Positions 1 through 14,092 are shown, numbered from the stretch's first letter. The stretch is 64,000 bases of DNA from Eledone cirrhosa (GCA_964016885.1 OZ024740.1:241242001-241306000); one strand, 5' to 3'. Numbers and translations are program-made. The notes: generated by a model not told the origin, from the letters alone.

Positions 1-12
1 TGATTGAGCACT

Positions 13-57
<45 letters not shown>

Positions 58-151
58 AATATATATATATATACACAAACACAAACATATGTATACTTTA
101 TGCATTTGTAAATATTTACATATATGCATATAAATATTTACAAATATGCAT

Positions 152-210
<59 letters not shown>

Positions 211-1146
211 CAGGGTGGGAGTTTGGAAGCAAATAAAAATGCTTTTAATAACAAAACTACTAACTTCATTGACCAGCAACATATATTTAATTATGCATAA
301 ATATCTTTATTCAAAATGACCCCCTTGTGCAGCAGTAAAAGCCTATAACCATAAAAGCCTATAACCATCTTTCACCGAAGCACATAACATTTTTTCGGGA
401 ATTTCTTTCCAAGCACTCAGTAACGATGCCTTTAAATCATTGACTGTTTTATGGACTTTTGAACAAGCTTTTTCTTCAAGGATATACCATACTGAAAACT
501 CCATAGGGTTCAAATCAGGCTTGTGTGACATTTGTTGTATGGGAGGTGGCTCCATCCTGTTGGGAGGTCCACAGATAATCATTGCCAAATTGATTAGTTG
601 CAGAAGCAAGTATAGGCTCCAGAATACCGTTTATTGTATGGAATACAGATGTTTAGTCAACACTGATTGCAGATGATCTTTTTCCAATGACTCAAAATCT
701 TTTCATCTGACCAGACAATTTCCCCCGCCATGTCACGTTTCATTTCTTTAAGCAAATTCTTGCTTCTCTCTAGCCTTGTTTGTTTTGTCTTTTTAGAAAG
801 GGATTTCTTCTTATCCTTTCTTTGGGGATTTCTTCTTATCCTTTCTCGAACGGCTTTAATGAGTGTAGGAGTCCGTTTAGTTCGCGGTCTTCCACTTCTG
901 GGTCTATCCAACAAATCTCCTTGCTCTTTAAAACGTTTCAAAGCTTTCCAAACAGTAGATCTTGCAACCGAAAGTAACCATACAATATCCGAATCTGACC
1001 TCCATTTCTCTATTTGTTGACATTTTCAAATTATTTAAGAAATTCAAACTCCATTATGTTTACATAGACTAATGTTTTAACTCGTAAATAAAAGAAGATT
1101 AATGATATACTTACAACAATTTTAGAAATCAAATTTCCACAGCCTG
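211..1146 (-). mobile_element. Tc1/mariner-superfamily transposon relic (maT/DD37D-like), internally deleted
   Basis: Imperfect TIRs CAGGGTGGGGAGTTT (211) and AAATTTCCACAGCCTG (to 1146), flanked by TA. Minus-strand ORF pieces give DRPRSGRPRT...RERIRRNP (HTH), IVWSDEK (first catalytic D) and PDLNPMEFSVW (SPDLNP motif). Confidence 0.85.
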
Positions 1147-1163
1147 TATATATATATATATAT

Positions 1164-1326
1164 AACAAAGGAATTGTGGTAAGGAACCAGATGGACCATA
1201 ACGCACCAGAGTAGTAGAGTGGGAAATAGGAAAACGTATGACCCCCGACGGCAGAGCTCAAGCCGTTTCCAGAAATAGCCGTCGAAACGGCTTGAGCTCT
1301 GCCGTCGAGGTCATACTTGTTCCTAT
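1164..1326. mobile_element. Short fold-back PLE-derived insert in (TA)n, family A
   Basis: Inverted arms about 1226-1269 and 1284-1326, one-sided tail 1164-1225, (TA)n on both sides. Arm sequence matches 35932-36057 and the PLE 3' end at 23751-23810. Confidence 0.8.
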
Positions 1327-1644
1327 ATATATATATATATATACATAAACCCACAAAAACACAAACACGCACACACACAAATGGTCGTACTAATTAGCAT
1401 ATAATTAATTATGATATTTTGTAAGAAGTTCACAAGCAGCCGAAGTGTATGATGAAGTTACAACTGTACAAATATATGTTTCCTTGTGGTTGATTGGATG
1501 ATATACACGTCTTTTGATGAGGGCCCACTTTCATGCAATTTGTATTAGATATGTGTATATATGTATAAACGTTGATGCAGTCTCGGTTACACACTCTGTA
1601 TTTATACAGATTTAATGTTAACATATATATGTATATATATATGT

Positions 1645-1697
<53 letters not shown>

Positions 1698-1699
1698 GT

Positions 1700-1972
1700 G
1701 CTCTGTCAACTATGGTTTATTTAAGACTGGGAATGTTGTTCCCCTCATCAGGCAGACTTCAGTTGAAATGGATCAATGGAGTAGAATTTTTATTGTTCCT
1801 GCACTTAAAGGCGGTTGCATTGCTGGCATATCAACCTTTGACCTCATTGGCTGTTAGGCCGGTATAATTCCCCTGGATGCCATTTGGTGATGTGAGGGTG
1901 GTTCTCTAGACCACAACCTTTGAACGACAGGTCCTACTCAGATGACAATTGGTAGATTTAGGCTGTTACAGG
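1700..1972 (-). pseudogene. Degraded PLE GIY-YIG fragment followed by a hammerhead-like CTGATGA core
   Basis: Minus translation NCHLSRTCRSKVVV*RTTL...YTGLTANEVKG*Y...FKCRNNKNST parallels the GIY-YIG regions at 22510-22750 and 37086-37300. CTGATGA on the minus strand at 1745-1751. Confidence 0.6.
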
Positions 1973-1974
1973 CT

Positions 1975-2079
<105 letters not shown>

Positions 2080-2382
2080 ATGTTTTCTTTCCGCTTAAGC
2101 GAGATTGGATACGATGCTATACAAACTAATGTAGCTGATCTTAAGAATGTGTAAGTTGCAAAGAAACCCATAGTTAGTTGTATTCATAGATTCCTTTTTA
2201 AAACTTCTTTGAAGGAAGACATGTTGTTGTCCATGAAAGCATGGGTAATTCAGAAACATGTCAGACTGTTAATTCAAATATTCTAAACTTCCACATCACG
2301 CGTTCATTGATATTTTCTTTCGTTTGTAACCACCTCTCTCTCTCTCTCTTTCTTCCCCCTCTCTCTATATATATACACACAT

Positions 2383-2418
<36 letters not shown>

Positions 2419-2503
2419 GTTTGTGTGTATGCGTGTGTGTACATGTACCTACACATGTACACACACACGCATATATATATATATATATATACATATATAT
2501 ACA

Positions 2504-3311
2504 TACGAGGTTTGTTGAAAACGTGGGAATTGATTACGTTAGAGAGAGAGAGAGAGAGGGGGCAGGGAGAGAGAGAGAGAGAGAGTGAGTGAATTAGAGA
2601 GAGTGTAACCACATATATTTAAGCGCATGTGTAGCTTTTGGCGGGTTCGCAGGATGGTTCGGCCGCTGTCAAGTTGCCAACGTGTGAGGTACTTTACTAC
2701 TTACTCGTCACATTTTTTTTTATTTCACTCGATATTTTCAACAAGGATTTTGAGTTCCTGAATACTAGAAATGAGACGTGTATGAAACCTGTATGTACCG
2801 GTAGGAGCCAGAAATCAAAGCTCGCTCATCACAGTGGATGCATTCGGCGTCACCAATGCCCAAAAGAGCACGCCAGTTACAAAACAAAATTAAGAAATAC
2901 TATCAGGAAGTCCTCCGACGTATCGAGATGCAATTTGGCGAAAGAGACTAGATTTGTGGCCCCGCAAAACTGGCATCTGTGTCATAACAGCTGATCCAAA
3001 TTTGTTTGCAGCCAAAAATATTTGGCTCGTTTGCCAGATTCTCTACTTTCCTGACATGGCTTTTTCTGACTTCTGGTTCACCAAAATGAAGATATCACTG
3101 AAATGCTTACGCTTTGAGAGGCAAAGCGGACTGAAATGAGGAATCTAAGAGCTTTTCCAGAAGAAGCATTCTGGACGTGCTTCGAACTGCGGAAGGGCTA
3201 AGAGTGTGGAGGCACAAGGGCTTACTTCGAAGGGAGCTTAGTAGTGGAACTGCACCAAGTACGTAATTTTTGCCTAGTCTAAGGTCGGATACCTTTCCGA
3301 CAGACATTGCA
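2504..3311 (+). mobile_element. Degraded mariner (DD34D-type) transposon
   Basis: TIR-like ends TACGAGGTTTGTTGAAA and TTTCCGACAGACATTGCA. Remnant peptide YFPDMAFSDFWFTKMKISLKCLRF resembles mariner YSPDLAPxDF. Confidence 0.65.
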
Positions 3312-4224
3312 CATGCACACACACACATAAACACACACACACACATATATATATATACACTTAGACATATATACACATATATATATGCATTTATAAGCAT
3401 ATATATATATATATACTATATTGATAGACGCACACACATACATACACACACATTATATATATATATGTACACACATAAAAGCAGACATATATGTGTACAT
3501 TAATAATATTTAAAGTACCAGTAATGCACTGCGATAATTGTTGGCCTTGTGCCAAAAGTAGAAACAATTAATAATATTTTGAACAAACATAATAGTATTT
3601 TTCATAAAAATATTTAGTAATATATATGCATGATTGTGGCAGTGATGTGTCGGCAAAGTCGTTAGATCAAATACACTAGATTACGTTTTTTTAAAAATAC
3701 TTCTCGTTATGTTCTTATTTCGAATCTCACCGAGGCATACTTTCTTCTTCAATCTTCCAGGGACAAATGATTATATTGTTCAGTGAAATACAGGCTATAT
3801 ATTTGACGTTGCGTACCCTGAAATCTTTGATGATATACTTAAGTTTCAAGATTATATAAAATATATTATATAACTGTGTTTATGTGGTTTTAACTTTTTT
3901 GTGTTAGACCTCTGTCAGGCGACGAATTGGCAGAGTCGTAAAAGCATTGGATAGAATGCTTTACGGTATTTGTACTGATTGTGAGTTCAAATTCTGCCAA
4001 GGTCATTCTTTTGAGGTCGATACAAAAAGTAATAGGGTCAATTCTTCTTCTGTATCTCTTTCTCATTTCGTCTCCATCACTCCCTCTCCTTCTCTGGAAG
4101 AAATCGGCCGTATTCATACCAGGAGAGGAAATTGGCTTTCGCCAGGTGTAAAAATTGTTCAAGAAACACTTCATTTCTCTTCAGTACCCACAAGACTTCC
4201 ACCAAGAGTTACGGATTAAAAAGG

Positions 4225-4535
4225 TAAAGGTTAGATCTCCGTTCACCCTGACGGTGAGTGTTCCAGTTGTTTGATCAACGGAACAGCCTACTCATGAAAT
4301 TAACGAGCAAATGGCTGAGCATTCCACAGACACATGTACCCTTACCGTAATTCTCAGGGAGATTCAGGTGACACAGTGTATGACACGACTGGCTCTTTGA
4401 ATCACAGGTACAAAATATTTTTCCGGCAGGAGGAATGTGAAATAAAAGGTCTTGCTCACGGACAAAACGCGCCGCCGGGAATCGAACTCACGATTTTACA
4501 ATCATGAACCAAACATACTAACCCCTAAGCCATAT
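4225..4535 (-). mobile_element. Older tRNA-headed SINE (second family)
   Basis: Minus strand starts TGGCTTAGGGGTTAG...GTGAGTTCGATTCCC (A/B boxes), then TGTCCGTGAGCAAGACC, a CORE-like SINE body. Confidence 0.55.
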
Positions 4536-4975
4536 ACCTTCACATTTTATTGCTTTATATAATTGTTTTCGATATACGAATTCAGTATACGATTTTAGAT
4601 GAAAGCCTGCAAGACAAATGCAACTCTGGGGACAATGGGATTAATAATCTGTAATTTTTTTTTCAAAGATGTATTAATATGTAAATTAACAGTTGTAAAT
4701 TCTTTGGATAACCGATACCTAACTTTATTGATTCATCCAAAGTAGATGAAACGTACTATCGATTCCCGTAGGAATTGAACTCATAATATAAAAGAACTAG
4801 CTAACTAATTAACTTTTGTTTCTTAATAATCCGTGCCCTTTCCTTTCCTCTATAGTCTTTTGCAATGCTATTTTCTTTTTCATTATGTTTGATTACATAT
4901 TAAATTCTTTATTAACTAACTAAATAAATACATGAGTTCTTATATTCAGTGTTGTCGAGTTTCTGCCTATCACTA

Positions 4976-5545
4976 CCTATGAAACAATTAATAATTGTTT
5001 CTATTTTAGGCACAAGGCCAGCAATTACCCAGTACATTACTGGTACTTTATTTTATCGATCCCGTAAGGATGAAAAGCAAAGTTAACCTCAGCGGGATTT
5101 GAACTCAGACTGTAAAGGGACGTAACTATGCTAGAAAGCATGGCGTCCAACCCTCTACCGATACTGCCAATTCACCCTATGAAACAATTAATAATGGTTT
5201 CTGATTTAGGGACAGACAAGGCCAGCAATTTTGGGGAAGGGAAAAGTTTACTAAATCAACCCCAGTGCATGACTGGTACTTTATTTTAGCGACCCCGTAA
5301 GGATGAAAAATGGTTTCTTATAAAGGCACACGGCCAGCAATTTTGGGGAGGGGAAAGTCGATTAAATCGACCCCAGTGCATACTGGTACTTTATTTTATC
5401 AACCCGTAAGGATGAAAGGCAAAGTTAACCTCGGCGGGATTTGATCTCAGATCATAAAGGGCCGTAACTCTATGCTGCAAAGCATGGTGTTTGACCCTCT
5501 ACCGATACTGCCAATCCACCGTCCTTATGAAACAATTAATAATAG
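4976..5545 (-). mobile_element. Cluster of tRNA-derived SINE copies (main family), with a shared duplicated flank
   Basis: Copies at about 4996-5175, 5196-5310 and 5311-5521. Flank TATGAAACAATTAATAAT repeated at about 4978, 5178 and 5527. Confidence 0.85.
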
Positions 5546-6273
5546 CTCTTAACATTTGCAGGAGGCAGCGAATTGGCAGAGTCATTAGAACATTGGTTAG
5601 AACACTCAGCGGTAATCGTTCCGGCACGCTGCACTCTGAGTTCAAATCACGACGAGGACAGCTTTGACTTTCACCCTTTCGAGGTCGGTAAATAGAGTAA
5701 CAGTCCAATACTGGTTTCGATTCTTCCTGTATATCTCTTTGTCACCTCTTCTCCCTCACTCTCCTTGTTCGGTAGAAATCAGTTGTGTTCAGATCTGGAG
5801 GGGAGATGGACTGTGCCAGGTGGAGAAAATGGCCCCAAAACGCTGTATATCATCACGGTGTCTCTACAACTCCACCATAAGTTATGTTATAGGTTAAAGG
5901 AAGAAAAATATACACGAAGCGACACATTCTTTGTGTGTGCGTGTGGGTGGGGGATTGTCGTTTAAAATGACAACCAGGCTATAACTAGTACTTATATCAT
6001 CGACCCAGCAACAATGAAAAAGTAAAAAAAAAAAAAGTCAACGAATAACATAAAGTGACAAGAGGAAATACTATAAATATCAGATGGCGTTTTTTTTTTT
6101 TATCCAGTATTCTACCGAATCTGTCATCCATCACCTCGGCCTCTAAGTGGTCATTCGGTCTGCTAGAAATAGCAGCCACGTTCCTTTATATTAGAAAAGA
6201 CATATTGGACAATATAGTCTTAGTTATACAGAAATCAGTCTGCTCGGTCATAGATAGTTAGGGGATAAATAAC

Positions 6274-6462
6274 TGTTTCTACTTTTGGCACAAGGCCAGC
6301 AATTATCCCAGTGAATTACTGGTACTTTATTTTATCGACTCCATAAGGACGAACGGCAAAGTTAACCTCGGTGGTATTTGAACTCAGACCGTAAAGGGCC
6401 GTAACTCTATGCTGCAAAGCATGGCGTTCGACCCTCTACCGATACTTCCAATCCACCGCCTC
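6274..6462 (-). mobile_element. Full-length tRNA-derived SINE with 14-bp TSD
   Basis: TSD AGGGGATAAATAAC at 6260-6273 and 6463-6476. A box TGGAAGTATCGG and B box GAGTTCAAATAC on the minus strand. Confidence 0.9.
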
Positions 6463-6739
6463 AGGGGATAAATAACAATAACAATAATACTGTCTTTTTT
6501 GTTTACATAGAAGCTATAAGCCATTCATTTTAGGCGTCTGTTATATTCGGTTAAACCCACAAAAGTAATTTACTGGTGCTTATTCCATCGTCACTTGACT
6601 GATATACTGCGAAGTCGAGCTGTTGGGAAGTAAGCTGAGACCGCAAATTCATATGAGAAAATTTGCAGGGTATATTTTTGGTCCAGCACTCTACAATTTT
6701 GTCATCCACCACTCTTAGAAATATTTAGAAATATCTAAC

Positions 6740-7620
6740 ATAGGCACAAGATCTGGAAGAAAAACCAACCCAAAACAAGAAGAAAAAAACCCCCCCAAAC
6801 AAAAAGAAAACAAAAAAACAGTCCATTCTATCGAACTCAGTAGTAAGCTGGTACTATATTATATCGACCCTGGAAGAATGAAAGGCAAAGTTATTTTCAG
6901 CAGAGTTTGAACTCAGAACATAAAGAATCTGAGCATATACTGCAAGTCCTCGACAATTTAATCTTTCAATTAATCTTGATTTTTAACATATGTCCACACA
7001 TTTGGTAGGAGCGTGAGGAATAATCTATTAAATCAATATCCTTGCTCGATTTCTACTTATTTTCTCGACCCTCGGAACCATGAAGAATAAATTCAACCCT
7101 TGTAGGATTCGAACTCAGTAAGTAGAGAGACGTTACTAGATACAGGAAGCATTTTATCCAGTATTGTTATTTCTGCTGCGCTATCGTCATCAATAGTGAT
7201 TTATAACTTATGAACAAGGTGAAACACTTTTTCAGTGGGACAGTCAGTTACATATACCTACTCAGCATATACCTGGTATTTATTTTATCCACTCTTCAGA
7301 ATAAAAGGCACCCCCCCCCCCCCACACACACACCAAAAAAAAAAAAAAATTAACGAAATGAATAATTATAATACTTTCTAACATTGACACAAAGATATTA
7401 TAAATAATTTTTTTTTAACACTGGTACAAGGCCAGAAATTTGGTTGGAGGGGAAAGTTGATTATATCAACCCCAGTAGTTAACCGGTACTTTATTTAAAC
7501 GATCCTGGTAGCATGACAAGCAAAATGGACTTCGACGGGATTCGAACTCAGAAAGCCGTAACTAAATAACGCAAAGCATTTAGCCCGACGCTCTTCCAAT
7601 ACTGCCAATCCACCACCCAA
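6740..7620 (-). mobile_element. Run of older, diverged SINE copies of the main family
   Basis: Recurrent GGTACT..ATT..ATCGACCC...GAAAGGCAAAG...GAACTCAG motifs at about 6850, 7050, 7270 and 7480. Confidence 0.7.
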
Positions 7621-7670
7621 GCTTTTTTAGATAATCTCCAGCATAGGCGCAAAGCTTCACAAATATACTT

Positions 7671-7701
<31 letters not shown>

Positions 7702-8607
7702 GAAGAAGAAGAAGAAGAAAGAAAAAGAAAAAGAAAAAGAAGAAGGAGGAAAAGTTTTGAAAAAATTGTACGCTGAAATAAACTGTTAAATAATTAGAAA
7801 TGAAAATAACTTACTGAAAGCTTAATTCTACATACCTTGGACTCAATGAAGAAAATAATAACGCTTGGCCGTTTAACACATGGAATAAAATTTACAGATC
7901 GATTGATGATGGCTGTTTCAGTAAATAACACCTACGCGTCGCATATGTTGACAATATTCTGTTTGCCGATTCATGAAAATTTCTATATTCGACTCGGATC
8001 GTATGTATTTGGATAGTATGTTAATAGTCTAATATGTACAGTCAGGTGAATGCACTGTGCTATAATAATCTGTAACAGCGTTTCTCGATGCAGCAGACAC
8101 AGGGCCACTTGTTGTAGGAGTAGTCAGTTGGCAACTGATAGAAATCTTTCGCCAGCAGAGAGAGAGGTGTGGCAGAATGCAACGCGTATGTTGAATACTG
8201 TTGTAATATTTTTCTTCTGCAACACACCTGAAGGAGAAGGGGGATATTGAAGGTGAACTATTTCATCTATTTAACAAATACTGTCACTATACGGAGAGAG
8301 TAGTCGTTACAACTAATATAGTCAATTTCTCACCTGCTCCAGGCCCCCTCCCTCTCTTTCTCTGTATCCCACTCTGTCACTCAAGAACTTTTCAGGTTTA
8401 TTTTAATTTATCTATTTCTTTAATACAACTGATTTTATTTTGTTATCTCTTCTATCTTTTAATTCTTCTAATTTATTACAAATTAATTATATCATTAATT
8501 CATTCACTCACCTAATTATTCTTTCATACATTCTTTCTATTTCTCCTTCTACCTCACTTTCATTTTCTTTTACGACTATTTATCCTGTATTATTTTTCAC
8601 ATTGGTC

Positions 8608-8713
8608 CAAATCCCGCCGAGGTTAACTTTGCCTTTCATCCTTCCGGGGTCGATAGAATAAAGTACCAGTAATGCACTGAGTAATTACTGGCCTTGTGCC
8701 AAAAGTAGAAACA
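8608..8713 (+). mobile_element. 5'-truncated SINE with 19-bp TSD
   Basis: TSD ATTATTTTTCACATTGGTC at 8589-8607 and 8714-8732. Confidence 0.9.
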
Positions 8714-10085
8714 ATTATTTTTCACATTGGTCAAATCTAATAAAAACAACAACAAACTACCATCTTATTTCAAATCGGACTCTCTACTTCACCTACCACG
8801 TGTCCATGACTTTTACTTACATTTTTTTACGCCTTGCGCTTTTTATTGTGGTACATATCCTTATACTTTTAGTAAACAATTTATTGCCCATTTCTTTACT
8901 ATGCTCACATCTATCACGAAACATACTTCTTCCTTTTCTCAGCATACCCCAAATTGTCTTCTTTGTAATTTCATTCTATCACAGTAAGCAATTCTCTCCT
9001 ACAATCGAGAATAATTTCACTTTTTTACTGTCATTGATATCAAGCGCTCATTGTCCTTCATAAACTTGGGTAAACAGTCAATAAAATAGTAGCGCTACTT
9101 TGTTTAAAGTATCACTAAAGCGAGTGAGTGATTGCGAAATCGGAGACTCGAGACATATCGAAATACACATTGTTCCGGATTTTTGTCATATTTTCAGGGT
9201 TTTTTTTCGTCATATATTTTTGTAATTAGTAAGCGTCACGGGTTTACAATAGATCCAAAAACTAGGGCACAGTATTTAGCACGGTGAGTTAAAATACATT
9301 GCTTTATAAATCAGGGAGGTTACATACAACAAAGTATTTATATAATGCATCAGTACTTCGTTTTTTCGCCGGTGCGTAAATATATATATACATATATGCC
9401 CACATACAATTATATATGCATATCTATATCTGTGTGTGTAATTGTGACATATTTTATCTCAGGTCATTCAAATGTGCTACTGGTCATATATAATCCAATA
9501 CAACTTGTAGCATAGGCGGGCCGTCAACAACTAAACGGGCAACTCCACTAGGCCTGCCCTATGAAAACAAAACTCATCAAAGGGCACATGAACTCATGAG
9601 GGTCAACCGCCATCCAATAGCGTGTATATATATGCTTGTGTATATATATGTTTATGTAAATATATATATGAATATATAAAATTATAAAATTATATAAATA
9701 TATAAAATTTGCAGTGTATAAAGTCTTTGGCCATATTACGTTGTTTTCGCTTGTTGCTAGCTTAAAGGTTCCATACATTTAGAGAATAGCTCGCGTGTCG
9801 CAAAAGCCTTTGTCACTATAAAATCTGATGTGTAGGAATTGTTTTTGTTCAGACTTTTCCTACTTTACTTTATTTTTCACAACACAGCGCAAGTCAGAAT
9901 ACAGACTGCTTGGAGTCATATACAAACGGCGGAGTTATCCTTGCAGAGAACAGAGTACCACTTGTATCTGCGATATGAACTCAAAGGGTCATCAGCACAT
10001 ATACTACAATCAACGACGAGTAAAAAAAACTGGTAATTCAATTAGGCATAGCAGACGGAGTCAAACGGCTCAAAGAAATATAGTG

Positions 10086-10223
<138 letters not shown>

Positions 10224-10357
10224 CATGCATATGATGATTTCCTTCGAATGAAACAGTTCTAGTCCCATAGAAGCCATTTCTATATTAAATATTTATACTC
10301 TGCTATGTATTGAGTACCTTATTTACTGTGGTTACCCCGATTGGACTCGACACACAC

Positions 10358-10393
<36 letters not shown>

Positions 10394-10410
10394 GTATATT
10401 TATATATATT

Positions 10411-10600
10411 AACAAACACGATGAAGTTTCGTTAAACATGTATTTAGTTTTTTATTGTACATCGGCCCGTTGCGCGGGTTTCGCAGAGACTTGGCTCAGG
10501 GTCACCCATAAAAGTTATGGACCCGACTCCATTATTGATCTGCTCTTCAGACTGGCGATCCACAAAAAAAATATATAGTGTTTGTTCTGATTTGTGAGAT
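10411..10600 (-). mobile_element. PLE terminal-repeat fragment with hammerhead-like motif, family B
   Basis: Minus strand: CTGAAGA-GCAGA...TCTGC-GAAA-CCCG CGCAA CGGG. Homologous to 13100-13262. Lies between (TA)n tracts. Confidence 0.65.
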
Positions 10601-10645
10601 GATGGGTATATATATATATATATATATACATATACATACCCATCA

Positions 10646-10684
<39 letters not shown>

Positions 10685-10749
10685 CATCAGAAGATCCCGT
10701 TAAGGGTGAAAGCAGCGATTCTTTGCTTAAACTTTAATCTGTTATTTTA

Positions 10750-10788
<39 letters not shown>

Positions 10789-11198
10789 CTTCGCCCCCAT
10801 TTATGTGTGTATGTGGGCGTATGTGAGTGTTTGAGTGTATTTGGTAGGGTTACTTTTGTGCGTATATATCTATATACGTATTTTCATGTGCGTATGTGTT
10901 TGTGTGCGCGTGTGTTGGACAGTCAAAGTCTAGTTTTTGTGTAGTTCTGTATAGTAGTCTCCGAATACGGACGTTTGTGTTCAAGTGCATATATAGGCTT
11001 ACATACGTCTATATTTAACATAATACATATGTATCTGTGTATGTGTAGATCTGTATAGCCGTGTGTATATACATATATTTATGTGTGTGATTATATGTAC
11101 ACAGTTCCTTTATGTATATTCGCGACTGTATGTGTGTGTGTATACATGTGTATTTACGTATGAAAAAGTAAAAGCGTGATACACACACACACGCACAG

Positions 11199-11260
<62 letters not shown>

Positions 11261-11339
11261 GTAGATGTATGTTCGTGCGTGCATATGTACGCGTATGTGT
11301 TTATATGTATGCGTTTATACATAAAAAATATATATGTAC

Positions 11340-11407
<68 letters not shown>

Positions 11408-11619
11408 CTATATCTGTGTATGCATGTATATAAGTGTGTGTATTCGTTTGTACACGTGGCTGTATACATGTGTATGTGTGTGAAGTCATGTATGTATGTA
11501 TATGTGTGTACATATGTATACACACAGCCATGACTGTTTTTGTTGACGTTATTACCATCATTACTATTGTTGCTAATGTTATTCTGATTGTTTTATATAT
11601 ATTATATATTATTATTATT

Positions 11620-12180
11620 ATTAACTTTGCCTTTCATCCTTCCGGGGTCGATAAAATAAAGTACCAGTAATGCACTGGGGTAATTGCTGGCCTTGTGCCT
11701 AAAGTAGAAACAATTATTATTATTATTATTACGCTCAGTAATAAGGCAGTGGATTGGCAGTATCTGTAGAGCGCCAGACACCATGCTTTGCGGCATAGAG
11801 TTACGGCCCTTTATGATCTGAGTTCACATCCCGCCGAGGTTAACTTTGCCTTTCATCCTTACGGGGTCGATAAAATATAGCACCAGTAACATACTGGGGT
11901 AGATTTGATCGACCTTTCCTCTCCCACAAAATTGCTGGCCTTGTGCCTATATAAGAAATCATTATTACGCTCAGTAATAATTGGCAGAATCGGTAGAGCG
12001 TCAGACACCATACTTTGCAGCATAGAGTTATGGCCCTTTACGTTCTGAGTTCAAATCCCACCGAGGTTAACTTTGCCTTTCATCCTTACGGTGTCGATAA
12101 TATAAAGCACCAGTAATGCACTGGGGTAATTGCTGGCCTTGTGCCAAAAGTAGTAACAATTATTATTACACTCAGTATAA
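11620..12180 (+). mobile_element. Three tandem SINE copies
   Basis: Copies at about 11620-11712, 11743-11960 and 11980-12160. Flank ATTATTACGCTCAGTAATAA (or a near copy) recurs at about 11725, 11961 and 12162. Confidence 0.9.
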
Positions 12181-12245
12181 ACAAATTCACTCATCCACTT
12201 ATTTATTTATTTATATATTTATTTATTTATACAATATTTACTTGG

Positions 12246-12939
12246 CGGCCGTCTCGCTATCGCCACATGTGACCCGTTCTCTAGCAGAACAGCTCTGCCG
12301 AGAATACCGCTACATGTAAATGGAGTTCCACTGAAGCAGGCAGAGAAGTTTAAGTACCTCGGAGCCGTGTTCACGATTGATGGAAGGAAAGAGGCTGAAT
12401 TAAGTGCAAGAATTGCAAAAACGGGTGCAGTAATGCGACAGCTTCAGCATTTAGTAATCAAAAGAAAAGAGGTAGGTGCAAAGCCAAACTCGCTATCTTC
12501 AATTCGGTTTTCCTGCTAACCCTTACCTATGGTCATGAATACGATCACGAATACAAGTGGCCGAAATGGGCTTCCTCTGAAGTGTCTTTGGAATAACGTT
12601 ACTCGATAGAGTGCGCAGCTCGGAGATCAGAGAGTCACTCCATGTAGAGCCGCTACTTTTCCGAATTGAGAGATCACAGCTCCGATACTATGGGCATGTG
12701 GTTAGAATGTCTCATGAAAGAATCGCTGGACAGATTTTACGGGCGAAACCAACCGGCAGGAGACTCGGGTAGACCCCGAGTAAGATGGTTGGATAACATC
12801 CAGGAGCTTAGTTGGTCCCACTTGAGGATCCAGCCGGAAAAGTTGGAGTCCGTTGCTTCTGACAGGACCCGCTGGAGGGGGTGTTTGAGGACTCTGCCTA
12901 CACGACCCTCTCAGGAATAAGTGGCCGAAGAAGAAGAAG
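12246..12939 (+). mobile_element. 5'-truncated RTE-clade LINE with (GAA)n tail and 13-bp TSD
   Basis: Peptide remnants LKQAEKFKYLGAVFT, LTYGHE, QLRYYGHVVRM, GRPRVRWLDNI. Tail GAAGAAGAAGAAG. TSD AATATTTACTTGG at 12233-12245 and 12940-12952. Confidence 0.9.
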
Positions 12940-13099
12940 AATATTTACTTGGTGACCATAGCCTGTCTAGTGAGAATCGTCACTACTAATGTGATTACTT
13001 TATACTGGGTCATCGTAGCGTCCACTCCACAGTCCACCCACTGCTAAACGGTCATTCTTTTATTTCACTTCCTGTTTATGACACAGATTTACATTTTTT

Positions 13100-13325
13100 T
13101 GTTGGATCGCCAGTCTGAAGAACAAATCGATAATGGAGACGGGCTCATAATTTCTATGGCTGGTCCTGAGCCAATCCTCTGCAAAACGCGCGTAACAGAT
13201 CGATACACAATAAAAAAAACTAAATACATATAAACGAACTTCATCGTTTTTCTTAATATATACACTCTGTCTGTGCATAGAGCGCTCGCTTTGGTACCAC
13301 GACCAGTGATTCACTTAATCACATA

Positions 13326-13328
<3 letters not shown>
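13100..13328 (+). mobile_element. PLE terminal-repeat fragment, family B, with 3' tail, abutting (TA)n
   Basis: Homologous to the reverse complement of 10411-10560. CTGAAGA at 13115-13121. Extends about 65 nt beyond the point where the 10411 copy fuses to (TA)n. Confidence 0.65.
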
Positions 13329-13409
<81 letters not shown>

Positions 13410-13412
13410 GGA

Positions 13413-13773
13413 GAAAAAAAAAGATGAAATCGAAAATGCAACTGGAGTCTTATTTTAAAAAAAATATATATATATTTATTTGGTTCCTTTACCGGTTTCG
13501 CAGTTCTTCTGCTTTTCAAAAGTAGAATTGAGATGGAGGGTCTGTGATTTTTCTCACATCAGATGTGAGAAAAACCACAGACCCTCCATCTCAACTCTAC
13601 TTTTGAAAAGCAGAAGAACTGCGAAACCGGTAAAGGAACCAAATAAATATATAATTTTTTTTTTTAAATAAGACTCCAGTTGCATTTTCGATTTCATCTT
13701 TTTTTCTTTATACTTTCACTCGTGTAGGACACCGGTTATTTTTCATTTTGTAAAACAAACCTCACTTTCTAAT
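13413..13773. mobile_element. Fold-back hammerhead-containing insert in (TA)n, family C
   Basis: Near-perfect arms 13413-13560 and 13562-13705, tail 13706-13773. Hammerhead CTT-TTGAAAA-GCAG-AAGAA-CTGC-GAAA-CCGG-TA-AAG at 13600-13635 (+) and 13487-13522 (-). Confidence 0.85.
13600..13635 (+). ncRNA. Minimal type I hammerhead ribozyme with U3-A8 core and palindromic stem III
   Basis: Stem I CTT/AAG, core TTGAAAA, stem II GCAG/CTGC, GAAA, ACCGGT palindrome, GUA cleavage triplet. Confidence 0.7.
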
Positions 13774-13811
13774 ATATATATATAAAATATAATATTATAT
13801 GATATTATTTA

Positions 13812-14092
13812 TTTCAAATCCCGCCGAGGTTAACTTTGCCTTTCATCCTTACGGGGTCGATAAAATAAAGTACCAGTAATGTACTGTGGTAATTGCTGGC
13901 CTTGTGCCTAAAGTAGAAACAATTATTTATTTATGTTCGGACACCATGCTTTCCAGCATAGTTATGTCCCTTTACGGTCTGAGTTCAAATCCCGCCGAGG
14001 TTAACTTTGCCTTTCATCCTTACGGGGTCGATAAAATAAAGTACCAGTAATACACTGGGTATTTGCTGGCCTTGTGCCAAAAGTAGAAACAA
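13812..14092 (+). mobile_element. Two tandem 5'-truncated SINE copies
   Basis: SINE bodies separated and followed by AATTATTTATTTATGTTC. Confidence 0.85.
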
